A stretch of 64,000 bases of DNA from Tubiluchus corallicola (Eukaryota; Animalia; Priapulida), in the NCBI GenBank assembly GCA_030141605.1, contig JAQGDQ010000069.1:315126-379125 (forward strand), in the 5' to 3' direction. Positions 1 through 12,600 of this stretch are shown one piece after another (positions within the stretch are counted from its first letter, which is position 1; each line of letters opens with the position of its first letter). The translations under genes were made by a program, and so were the position numbers. The notes beneath the pieces were generated by a model that did no database searches, was not told the DNA's origin, and saw only the letters and a program-made list of their open reading frames with translations.

Positions 1-571
1 CATTTTGCTTCATGTTTTTTCTGTTGCCAAGCCCAGATCTTTGTCAGAAAGAGCCAACTTTGAACATAACATCAATGTGCTCTTGCAACGTCCGTAGCCA
101 CCAACATTTGTACGGTTGTTGTGTTTTGTAAAAATGCGACAAAAAAACAATGGCTACCGTCCTCAAGATTATGTTTTCCAGTGCATAGCATGCGCCTTAA
201 CTTCAATGTGGAATCTCAAGCCTAGAAATGATGTAAAGCAATGAATTTGGTAAGAAAATGATCCTCAAGAAATGAAGATTTAGGATATGTATGTAGCTAG
301 AAAAACTTAATTGCCAACTTGTGGACGATTTTGCTATGCAAGCACACAAATGATAGTATTCCAAAGTGGGATTATACCTGTTGCAGTTTGAAAAACGATG
401 CAATGTTTGATTATGCTATTGCAACGATTAGCTGGGAGCAATCATAATTACTCAGCATATTAGCATTCCAACTTTATATCTTCTGATACCTAAATTAATG
501 CATAAATCAGACTGATATGCTTGTCTGCAATACCTAGGACATACTTCATTGCAATGAGGGAGTTTAAGCTC

Positions 572-672
572 TAATTGCATGTTCAGACATAGAGACTTCT
601 CTCGCAACTTGTTGCGCAACTTTTCTGAGAGAGACGTTGCGAGAGAAGTCTTTGCATCTGAATGCGCCATGA
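572..672. mobile_element. Short hairpin MITE, Harbinger-like
   Basis: Inverted arms TTCAGACATAGAGACTTCTCTCGCAAC ... GTTGCGAGAGAAGTCTTTGCATCTGAA. The right terminus resembles 40860-40880. Confidence 0.55.
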
Positions 673-2369
673 GTAGTATTAAATTTTTTTATTGCACTTG
701 AAGAAGGAATGGAGGATGGGGTATTCATTGTTTTTTATATAATTCTTCATTTCACCACACTGCAAGGTAAAATCCAGCTTTCAGTGGAGTGGCACACTTA
801 TGTGGCTTGTAGCAGAACTGGAATCTGGCTTATTAACAGTCCTCTAAGATGAGACACTGAACTAACTGAGGTGAATGCATCTTTCCTTAATGAGGTAAAT
901 AAGAGGCCAGGGTATATCTAATACGTATTTAACATGTAAATTTAGTGATTTTTCATGTGTGAAGTTTAAGTTGCGTGAAATGTTTATGCTTTATACTGTG
1001 CGTGACTTCTTAATTATTGTTTAACGATGAGATTAAACAATATATAGCATATTATAGTTAATTCTTCTTGTGTCTGTCTAACTCTGACTATATATCATTG
1101 CTTATATCATTTTTGGACCGATTATTTTTGGGCTACTTGCTTGTGATGTAACTCTATAAACACATATTTTTGTTGAGAAGCCATTCATGTTCGTGTTCAT
1201 GTTGTTGTTCGTGTAATAATAAGTTTTTAAATTGGTTTTAAATGAGTAACATACTAGGACAACTCAATTGAGTTATTCTGTATTCTAAGCTTTTTACAAT
1301 AAAACAGATTCAGTAGTAGCTATAAACTGCATTCTAAATATTCACAAAGACAGATTTCATGGCAACAATAAAATTATATTTAGTATGTCACATGTCCAGG
1401 CAGAAAAAGCTAAATAAGTGAATAACCCAATCTTTTACATTCCGGTATAGTTACCTTGAAAATATTGAAAAAACATTGTATAGTGAATATGTAGTGTTAG
1501 TATTAAGTACTTATCACACATATGGTTAGGGCCTCATAAAATGCTCCTAAAAGTTTTAAAATTCTGTTAGCTAATTAACAGCACTAGCAGTACCATAAAT
1601 TTGTATGTTTTCCTTTCTCCTATTCATCCTTCTTTCGCTTCTCTTCTCCAGGGAGTAACAGCTTCAATTTGTTCAACACAGTATGGTTACATTTTAAAGA
1701 GCTCAGTGCTTTGACTGTTACTTCCCTGCACTTTGGAATTTAGTTGGAATTGATTTGTGAGAATTTATTACTAGGTTAAATATAGTAGCAGTGAAATGCA
1801 AACCTGAAGGTAAGAAAAGTGTTTGCATTTCTGCCCACCAGGTGGTGCAGTGCTGTTAGACTCCTCTCTACTGTTGCTGTTGTGCCCTGTAGTTAGGACG
1901 ATATTTACTCCCACTAATGTCCACCTACATAGCTGCAAAACGTATAAATGTAATAATAATGTATGTGTAGTGGAATGTTTTATATGTATAATATAAATCT
2001 AAAATGTTTCCTGTACAAATTATATGTATGATAAATTCCCTGTTAAATTACATTATATGTACCGTTGCTAGCAGAAATGTTTATAGAAATCTTTATAGTA
2101 TAAGCTCCTACCAAGTTACAAAACTTATTGCACAAAATATTTTTGGAAATATACAGACAAAAATATTTTGAAGTTACATGTGCTTATGTAGCGCAAAATT
2201 AAAATCATATTGGAAGGTAGAATTTATGTTGGCAACAGTTGTAATACTAAGGCACGTAAACAAACATGGATGCTATTTCATGTGGAATTTTTCATTGAGC
2301 CATTTTTAATGTTAGTTATTGAATGAATTCTAGTTTATTTTGTTGCCAATATTATATTTTAAAATTTGA

Positions 2370-2505
2370 ATCTTTAATAACATGAATAAAAGTTGAACAC
2401 TCTCAAACAGATTATTTATTTATTAATAAATGATTATAGTTATCATAATAAATAAATAAACATTTTAATAAAAGGCATTCAACTTTTTTAAATGTTATTA
2501 AAGAT
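2370..2505. repeat. AT-rich imperfect palindrome (foldback element)
   Basis: ATCTTTAATAACATGAATAAAAGTTGAA pairs with TTCAACTTTTTTAAATGTTATTAAAGAT; inner TTATTTATTTATT / AATAAATAAATAA arms. Confidence 0.65.
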
Positions 2506-3376
2506 GACAAGCCAGAGCACTCTTGTAAATTGTATTTTAGTGTCTTTATATATTAGGAATGTTCAGTTTTTTCTGTTTGTAGTGGCTGCACAGTGTTTCT
2601 ATGTACAAAATTGTAGGGAGTCCTGAGAAGAGTACTAGTGATAGCGACACAGTTTTTTATTCGCATACATTAAATTGATTTCTGTGAACAGTATTTCAAT
2701 TATTTAGATTAGGTTAGTGCACCATCCTCAAAATTTCGTAGTATTTAACCTCATTTCATGTTAAAAAACTAGTTAATCATTCTGGTTGCTATCTGGTTAA
2801 GTATCTAATTACTAAATGGCAGAATTGGTAAAGAAAATGTCAAGTGAATTCTTCGTTCTCTAACTGCATTTACTGTATGACTAATCTAACACAAAAGTAG
2901 TTAAAAATTGGCGGTGGCTAAAAAACTAGGAAGGGAAGCTGGCCTTGCAAAGATAAACAACAATGAAGTTATCAATGATTTTCCATTTGCAGACAGTGTG
3001 CCCTTATGGTTCTGCAGTGTACCCTTATTACCCCAGAAACAAATTAACGTGTGTACAAGTCCACGAGAATGAGTGGCCTTTGTCACCTAAAGTGAACTAC
3101 ATGTATGTTTTTCTAGTAACCGTTTGGCGTATTACAGTAAAATGCGGCGCCACACAGAAGCAGATATATTTAAAGTATTTTTCTGTGAATATACCATATG
3201 TACGATTTTTAGTACTGTAATCAGAAAAAATTCAGTGTCTAGTTTACTGATATTTTTGTAATAAAGTTGTGCAGCCTGCCCATTAACGTGTAGGCGTTGT
3301 GCGCGTGAAAAAGTTTGGCAGCCGGCCAGCCGGCCTGTTGCAACGGGGAAACCCGTTAATAGAGCAATATGCTATA

Positions 3377-3453
3377 CACGTGAGTACTGGAGTTTAATCG
3401 ACAGACATAGTGCGTAGGTAGACTAAGATGGTGTAAGAATTACACACGTGACT
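3377..3453 (+). promoter_or_regulatory. Putative MiT promoter with two CACGTGA E-boxes (CLEAR-like)
   Basis: CACGTGA at 3377-3383 and CACGTGAC at 3445-3452, in a locally CpG-rich stretch (about 3290-3550) upstream of the ATG at 3611. Confidence 0.45.
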
Positions 3454-3610
3454 GCCTCCCTGGATCGCTCGATCGCTGGCTCGCTGCCAGAATTACGGCA
3501 GACAGTATTAAAGCAACGAGATTTCGTGCTCCCACTCAGATTTCGCGCACTTCTTAACTTCATTGACTGACAACATTCAAAGAAATATTGTAGAGCGGTT
3601 TATATCTGTG

Positions 3611-6600
3611 ATGTTTAGTATAGAAACTATAAGGCAGTGGCTTGCAGAGGTGGTAAATACCCCTGGACAACATCAGCCTGCTGATGCCAGAAGAGAAGTT
3701 TATGGTCCTTATACTTCAGCTGCTCCCTTGCAAAATCCTCTGAGTGGCAATGGAATTGAGCAACAAGAGAATCAGCAGCAGCAATGGAACACAACAGCAA
3801 TGCCACGGCGCACTGTTCCTTCCATTTTTCATGGTGCTCAGACATTAGGGGCAAATTTGGACTGCAACGAGAGAGGTTATTCCCAACCCATACCAATTAA
3901 CCAAGAAGCTCAATTGGGTGTTTATCAAAGCCTGCAAAGTCAAAGCCTGCAAAGTGGACCTCGGTGTAGGTCTGTCATTACTCCGCATGACATCGTCAAG
4001 CTACTCAATGATGTTGATAGTGGCATAAGTAGTCCGTGTAGTTTTCGCGACATTAACCAAAGGTAATAATGAGCAGTATTTTCTGATCGGCTCAACACAT
4101 TTCGAACTCTTTTTTGTTGTTCTCCTTCATTTCCATTTCAGTTTTTTTTTGTAATTTGGAGTAGGTTGCCTTTATGGGATTTCTCTAATTGAACAAATTA
4201 AAATAATGCCTAGCATTTCAATAATTTACATTTAGTTAAAGGCGTTGACAGAGTTTTTTGGATTTACATAATATATATATATATATACATTTGATTGGTT
4301 GAAGCATTAAGGGGCAGAGTTCATTAGTATTAGCATTGATATCTAATTGCCAATTGATGATGATCATCTCATGGGAGGTACTGATGCAGCAGAGATGTGC
4401 TACCTGCATTCAAATTGCTCAAAATGCAAATTATGCAGTGATTAATACAGTATTTTATGTTTTTTACAGCACTCAGAAGGAGTCGTTCAAGACGAGTACA
4501 ATGTCTACAAGAACAAACCTGAAGCAGCAACTGCAAAGAGAGTTGGTGCTAAACGAAGAGCAGCGTTTTCTGCAGGCTCAACAGAAACCTGTCCTGGCGA
4601 CATCTGCTCCCGTGAGCTCCGGTTTTACTCTGGGCCCTACTCCGATTCAACAGAGCAATGAAGTACCAATCATACGGCTCTCCGCAAATTCTGCTACTGG
4701 AGCAAACATGATATTGCCACAGGTAAGTCACTAAGTGTACTAAATTACAAATGGCAGAACTACACCTTTATGGCCCTAGGTGTGGCAGCCTATAAAAACG
4801 AAACCAAAAAATAGCTTATACATCTTATGTTTGTTAGCTAACCTAAGATGTCTGAGGATATGTTTGTTTATTATGTCTACCTAGACAACAAGACAGTGGA
4901 GAAATTGCACAAAGTTTCATAAATTTACTTTATGCATAATTGATCATCACCAAAATTGGGCTTCCTCCCATTTTAAGCATCTTTCAGGATGGTGTTGGAT
5001 GTAATTTTAAGTTATGAAAGAACTATTTACGTATTTTTACGTCTCCAGTTTGGGTTTGATTTCTGCATTAATGATGGCAGTTCTTTAAAACTAATTTTTT
5101 CTGACGTTTCATGATTCGCAGCTTTACTGTTTAACATATAAGGTGATACTGCAAAATAAAAATAATATAGAAATAAAAAGATTCAGTTATTCAGCCTATT
5201 TTTTGGCACATTATATTATAAGAGCTTGTAAACCTCATTAATTTGCAGCTGGTGATAATTTAAGATTAATGTGGACTTCGGTTTTTCTTTTTGGAATGCA
5301 GTTTTCCATTATGGTTCATTTCTTAGTTCTGTATCTAATGATTTTGTGGTGATTGCAGTGAGATGTTTTGCAAGTTTGTAAAAGAAAAGTTCTTCAAATA
5401 ATAGCTTTGAATTGGCAGTAATTTTATTACTGCTTTCTCTAAAACTCGTATTTAAAGCTCAAGTTTAAGTCAATAAAGTATATTTCTTAGTAAGACACAG
5501 TAGCATGGCAGTCAACAACTAAACTTTGGACTTTGAAACTTTATGCTAATTGCTGACTTATGATCCTTGTTTATTTGAGTCCATATTTAAATATCATGGG
5601 ACGTAAGGTACGAATCCACAACTGATAAGAAGCTTTATGTATTGATTTGATGTCACTGAACTGGTTTTAATTTTGACTTTGAGCAAGTTGTATTTGTGTC
5701 CTAGGATCACATATACATTATGCTTCGATTGGTCGGTGATGCAATTAGTTCTTGAGAATTGGGGTACTAAAACATCGCTGCTGATGTCTTCATTGATAAA
5801 AGCCCTACTCTGCAGTTGGTAGCACTTCCTGGCTTGCGTACTGAAAACAAAAGCATGCAAGCAAAAAGTAAAGTTAACAAACAAAAAAGACACGGGTGTA
5901 AACAAATTAATACGAAATCCATAACTAACAAAACAAGTTTAAAAGCAGAACAAAGAAAGCTAGGTAGATAATAAAAAACAGCAAATATACAAAACTTTTT
6001 TTATTATGAGAAATGGACATCCTAGTGAATGAAGTAATGTTTCAATTTTTTCTTACTTTTTTCTTACTATCTTCAACTTTGTGCTTAGCTTGGCTTGTGA
6101 TGTCGAGGGGTAATATAGTAATATGTGTCACAGAGTAAAGGATGAATCTAGAAGTGAATTTCCAAGTGAACTTACAAGCAGACAACTTCGTGTGCTTTAA
6201 AAATTGTTTCTTTCTTGTTGGTAATGGTGATCTTATTGTATAATGAAAGTCTCAGTTACAAAGGAGTTAACTGGCGTTTTCCTTCTGCGGAAAAATCAAT
6301 AGGAAATAGCTGCAGTGCAGAAAAAGAATGGCGCGATACGCAGGCCGTATAAACAATATAAACCGATTTTATCTATTCCACTCACCCTAAAACGCATCCG
6401 GATGCTACATAAACGCCACTTTAGTTAGCTCTTATTTTGGATATTTGTCCTGGCTGACTGGACTATGCTTGTAAGTGGCATTTTGTGACTACCAGTGTAC
6501 TTTAATCTGCAAGTTGTTTTGTTTGTGGTATGTTATCAACATAAGAAATGGGTATCATGTCTCTAAAAATTATCATGTCTCTAAAAATGCTTTTGCAACA

Positions 6601-9600
6601 CCAACTGTGGATTCAACTCGAGATTCTGGGGCCCACCTTCATTCTATTCATAAAGTAAAATTAAGTGAGATGTTCGCAACATTCTTTGATTTTGCCTTTT
6701 TTGCCCAGTGTCTTTTTTAAGTTTATCTTGTTTACTTTTATCTTTTTACTTATTGCATTTTACTTTAAATAGCTTTTTATATGCTTGTATGACTTTCCTG
6801 CGCATGTCTCTTGATATTACTTAAAATTGCCTTTTTTACTTGGAATTTGTCTGTTTACATTTGCCTTTTTCTACTGTTTCTGTTTCCTATCGTTCTTCTT
6901 CTACCTTATCTTTTTGCTGCTGTCTATTTTCTTTGCTTAATTTACCTTTGAGGCTTTAACCATACAGTATTAGAATTATCTTTCTGTGTATTGATTTTTG
7001 ATTTCCATCGCCTGTTTCTTTTTGTATTCTTTTCTTTTGTCTTTACTCCCTAAAGCCAGCACACTTGTCTACCAGCTCATAAATTCCACAAAGTTTCCTG
7101 TCTATAGTTGTTAATACTGGGTTGCAGTTTGAATTGAGCTAGTGAACCAAGTGATCTGTCAACTCATCAGATTTGCTAAGGAGGACCTCCAGTGCTCCTT
7201 TTGAGTCGAGTGTCCTTATACGGTGTTCTTTTTTAACTTCAGTGCCGCTAAAGTTTATGAATGAACTAATAAAAAACAAAAGGCAACCATTTTTGTTGAT
7301 AAGTTATAAAGTTACTATTACAACCTTTTCTTGTGATCTGTTTGGCTCTCTGCCATTTGATATAATGACATAAAGGAAAAAACGGGAAAAGGGGAGGAAA
7401 GATATATCCATTCGCTTCTGTAATTTCGCCAGATCAAATTAGTAGTAGTGAACTCAGTATGGAATTTGGATGAGAGAGCAAGCGCTAAGCATTACGTGGG
7501 AACTAAATTTAGCCATGACGGCATCTTTGGCAATTTGCCATACAGGTAATTTTGTACTTATCTTTTTCTAGTGAATAAGTGCAGTGCGCTGCAGACAGAC
7601 ATTCTCTGTCAGACCTTGCTCTGTCGTTATTTTGTTTTTGTCTGCTCCGTTTAGTTCACATAGGCCATTTTGGAAATCAGGTTTTTTTAAACGCTTACTG
7701 TGACTGACTTGCCAATTATGCTGATAGAGAATTTTACAAATTTTTATTCTGCTGCACTATATTGTGACCTTTCCTTGCATTTTTCCCTTTTTGCTTGGTC
7801 GAGTATATACTGAGTAGCTAACATTTTTATATAAGTGACCCACACGCAAAGTAAGAGTTACGGTCAGCAGTATATAAAATATAAAAATTCGGAGTAAGAA
7901 ACATATAATTGCTATAACTGATGTACATTGTACTAGCACTAAATGACAACTGTTAACGTTTTTTTGAAGCAAGTGAGATTGAAAGAATCTCGTTCTGCAT
8001 TTTTCGTAGTTATTTTTGCAAGACGTATATTCGTGAAGATTCCTTCCCCTGTGGGTTGTAGTGTCACCATATTGTAACGTTGCCGAGTTTAGTGTACTTG
8101 TTCATTGGCGCATCAGACAATAACTTTGTGTAACTGCAGCGCATAAAACAAATAAATAAAAATATGTTTGGCGTGCGTTCTAAGTGTTTGCTGTTGAGCC
8201 TGTTGGTTACGACTTCTTATCTGACATGTTGGCAAGTTGCCAACTCTATAATCTTTGCATATGAGCACATTGCATCACATGCATATTACGCGAGACACTA
8301 TTTATATCTAGACGACATTAAAGTTATTTCGTTTCCTTCCTAATTATTAAGCAGTCATAGGACTTATGTCATTGTACGGGTTATACTTGCATGATAGAAC
8401 TGCACAACTTGGAGACCTTTTGGGTTTAAGTAAATAATAATTGTTATGTTATAACACTAATCAGTCACACTAAAGCTTTGTTTGCATGTTAATCCAGTAA
8501 CATTATTGACATATTAGCTGGCCAGTACGAGGACTTTTACCTTTTTTGACGACTCTGTCACTGACAACTATGTATAAACCCAATCAAATTTACAAGTTCC
8601 GATTTGAAAATTGCGACTAGAAATTTGTTGTTCTTTTTTCGGCAACAGAGGACTAGTTGACCTGAAGATGTAGTTAAGCGAAGCTCTAGTTTATGATTAA
8701 GCATTGGCCATGAGGCGGATGGAGTATCCCACCAAAAACATGGTGCACAGCATCATTTTTGGCCACATTTGCAAGACTACTACTAGAATAGACTTCTAGA
8801 AACCTAGGCAGAAAGTCTCTTTGGTAACCAGGACGAAAACAGTGGCGTCAGATGTAAAGGGTAATGAATTATTGTCCCTGTTTATTAGTTTAGTGTCCCC
8901 TTATGACAGATACGCTCCCCGGTGTTAAAAACTGGCAATCATGCAAAATGTCAGAGAACTTCCTCTAGTCTTTCCGTCACTGTTATCTAGGTTACAGCTT
9001 CTCTGTCTCATCCGGTTCGTTACACTTGTCCCAGGGGTGGTCTGTTCTGCTGAGGTTAGCTAGATAAATCTCTGTGTGAAGATTATTACATCACTGACTA
9101 TTTTTAGCAGTTGATAAGTTGTTCTAGCACCAACTAGTCCAACCACTTCTATTTAAAATTAGTAGAAAGAAGTGACAAGGTTCATCACCTCACTTTTTCT
9201 TCTTAACTCTTAATAGTAAATGGGCTAGTAGTGTTGGGATTTATAGCAGATTCAAATGCTGATGTATTTCTTTACCTAAGGCATAAGAGTCACCGCTGCT
9301 GTGCGAAATTAGACCGTTTATAAATCAAATGAAAAGTTACTTATTGGAATGGTCTCATTTATAGCCAGTTTCTGATTCACAAAAAAATTGACTCGTTTTT
9401 TTTGTAAAAATTGCAACTTACACATTGGAATAGTCTCATTTATAGCCAGCTTCCGATTCACAAAAAATTGACTCGTTTTTTTGTAAAAATTGTAACTTCG
9501 TACTGTTTTTCTAGCTAGTTTTTAATTCCGAAAAATTGAGTCGTTTTTTTGTAAAAATTGTATCTTTGTAGTGTTTGTCTAGCCAGTTTTTAATTCCGAA

Positions 9601-12600
9601 AAACTGAGTCGTTTTTTTTTTGTAAAAATTGTATCTTTGTACTGTTTGTCCGATGGCAACAAGGTGCGTTCCAGATTATTTCAAAAGTCACACAGCAAAC
9701 TTGGTAAGTGTTGTCAAGAATAGTGCAGCAGGACTGAGATTTAGTGTTGTGTGCTTTTTATTACCCAACACTTTCGTATTAAGTGCCGTTTATCCGGAAT
9801 GCGCATGCGTTATGGTGGTGCGGAATAGATAAAACCGGTTTATATTGTTTTCAATGCACCTGTTTATCAGACCTGTGTTATTTTTTCTGCCCCTGTCTCT
9901 TATTGATTTTTATACGCAGCTATTCCGCATGTGAATAACGCTAAACGCATTTCGAGTGCCAGATAAACGCCGCTTTAAAGGAAGAACCAACTTGGGCAAC
10001 ATTTATTGCATTTTAGTATAATTAAAAATATTGAAATCTCAATACAAAATATGCGCATGGAATGCTTTGCTTAAAAATGTAAAATATATTTAAATATTTC
10101 TTATCTCTCGCCAAATGAACGTTGATGCCGGCATATTTCAAAAAAAAATGACGTAAGCTGGTGTTTGCTGGTCAGGGTGAATGTCGTAAATGCAAGTTGT
10201 ATTAAGGTACGCGTTGCAAAATTTCTACAGTTTGCTTAGAATTTCCGTTATTCTAATGTTGTGCTTAACTGTGTTTTTATCTAGAAATTAATCATTCGAT
10301 CAATTATGATCAAATTTAATGTGGTTACATTGCTTTAATCTACAGGATTACACCTTAAAATGTGTAAGTAATTAACATTAATCGTGTAAACTATTAATTT
10401 ACAGATTTTTGTTGACTTTTAGGCACGCGTGTAAACTTGTCAGCAGGTAGTAGATACCGGGCTGGTCATTTAGTTTATAGAGTTCGCGCTATAAACTAAA
10501 AAAGATTCTGAAGCACCCGGCAGGATAAGTGTTTATATTGCACGGAAACCATTTTTCGTCTATAATGAGCGCGCCCAAGCATAAAGTAGTCACGACTTTA
10601 AATTGTTTTTACTAATTACACGAGACGCTCTTATCACAATTATATTGCTGAAACTTTCTAACATTTTCCCCAAACATTAAAATAAGCTCAACTTCCCGGG
10701 AGACTTGGTTTTTGCTTTAAGCGAACCTTATTTATTTAATCTGCAAACTGGCTTGTTCGGAACTTGCAAAAATTGGTGTACGCTTGTGTCATTTTTGCTT
10801 GCACACCTAACTCGCTGCAAGCACTGTACACTTGCAAGTAGCTTATTTCGTGTTCCTTCCCTGCGCCTCCTAGTCGTTCCAGGAATTGATTGCGAAATCT
10901 TGGCATGTTTGCGGGCTTGCACTTTTCAAGGTTTCTTCAGATCAACGATCTTTTAACATTCGGCAGTGCACCAGGCGCGAGCAGTCGATTATAAGTCCAG
11001 TTTGTTTTAAAGTCATTTTATAAGTAACCCTTCACTTTCAATCGTTCTTTCTGTATGATTGTTCTAAGTGTAACTTGAGAATTATATCGAGTTTTAAATA
11101 TCCCATTTACTATAAGTTTTACTGAGTTCGCTTATTGCTGTTTCTGCGCACCAAATTCGGATTTATCGATTAGTTGCTTGTGTCAATATTATGGTTAGCG
11201 AAGTGGAAAGCTCTGATTGGCTGATTCGGGAGGTGTGTCGGCAGCAGCTGTGTAAACTACTAACTAAGCTATAATGGGGGAAACCTCTAACCACCTTGGA
11301 AGCTGCTGCTCATTCACTTCATCTGTTGCTAAGCGTTAAATTGAGGTTATCATTGTGAAACAGTTAAGTTTTAAAATGAGTGCCGGGAAATATGTTGTGA
11401 TTCTGCTAGAAAGTGTTAAAGGTGCTAGTGAATTCAGAAAATTGATGAATGCAAAGTTTGACAGTTATTCGTGACCTTGATTATAGTGACAGATTCTGAT
11501 TCTGTGTCGTTCTTATACAATGAAGGTGACAGATAATATAAGGAAAGAGCTGGAGTATTTAGACTTAATTGTAAGTGATTCTTTTTGGGTTTATCCGTGG
11601 CGGAGGCGGCTTTAAGTTTGTTTGGTTTATGACAGCGAGTATCAGGGCTGACTGTGTAATGAAACAGCTGGCGTGCTCTTTGTTTTGACTGCATAGCTTG
11701 CTTGCTAATTCGAATTCAAAATATTTTATTGGTGTATAGTGTATACAGATAAACGTAGGCCATAGAAAGATTGCAGAATTATTACTGCTGTGTCATTTTT
11801 TTAGCATATAGCTAATTACTGTATTTACTGAGCAAATATTGGAAATCTGATTGCTGACTTATTGTTATAAATAACTTAATTAAAGGTTACTAGTGAAAAT
11901 GTTCTAGAACAATTGACCTTATAAACAAAAACATGTTTTAAGTGCATAAATCAATGTAATTAAGGGGACAAGTTTTAATGTTCTAATTCTCATGGCCCAT
12001 GATTTCTGTGATATAGTATTTCATATTGTTTACAGCACTGTGTTGCCATCTCTTGAATGTTTCACTTAGCTAATAGCAGCTACTGGACCTTAAAAACAAA
12101 AGCTTTTGGCTGCTTACATAGATTTGGTTCATTCGGCAGTTTGAAATTTTTATTTTAGTACAGCTCATCATTGAATGAAATGTCCAATAGTGAATAAAAA
12201 AATATGTGAGTTTTTGTTCATGTGACATGTAAAGTTTTATACATACACATAGAAATGCACGGAAATTATGTATGTATAGTTAAGATGTGGATAAAACAGT
12301 AAAACAAAATGTTTGAAAGAGGTTTTTTGTTTACCCTGAGCAATGTTAGTTCATTGACTTTCTGTAGTAGTGCTGGCATGTTACTATAACATTTAAATGC
12401 CAATCTCATCTTAGAGGACATGAAAAGTAACCTGCTTCCTTAGAAATTTGAACAATATAATTAGAGCAAACCATACATTTATATAAAAAAGCAGATACAC
12501 CAAACGTTCTTTCTAACAACATGTTTTCCTCTTTTGTTTTTTCCAGACAAAGTTGGAAAACCCAACTCGATACCACTTGCAGCAAAAGGAGAAATCTTTT

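Noticed and set aside
7433-7545. Candidate cassette or alternative first exon in MiT intron 2 (CAG acceptor, CAG|GTAATT donor)
   Set aside because: Open frames exit in phase 1 or 2, incompatible with the phase-0 exon at 12547.
9343-9650. Repeat array considered as CRISPR-like
   Set aside because: Units are contiguous degenerate repeats without unique spacers; eukaryotic context and no cas genes.
10430-11000. CpG-rich region considered as an internal MiT promoter
   Set aside because: Largely explained by a dispersed repeat with a second copy at about 49820-50060; no phase-compatible first exon was found.
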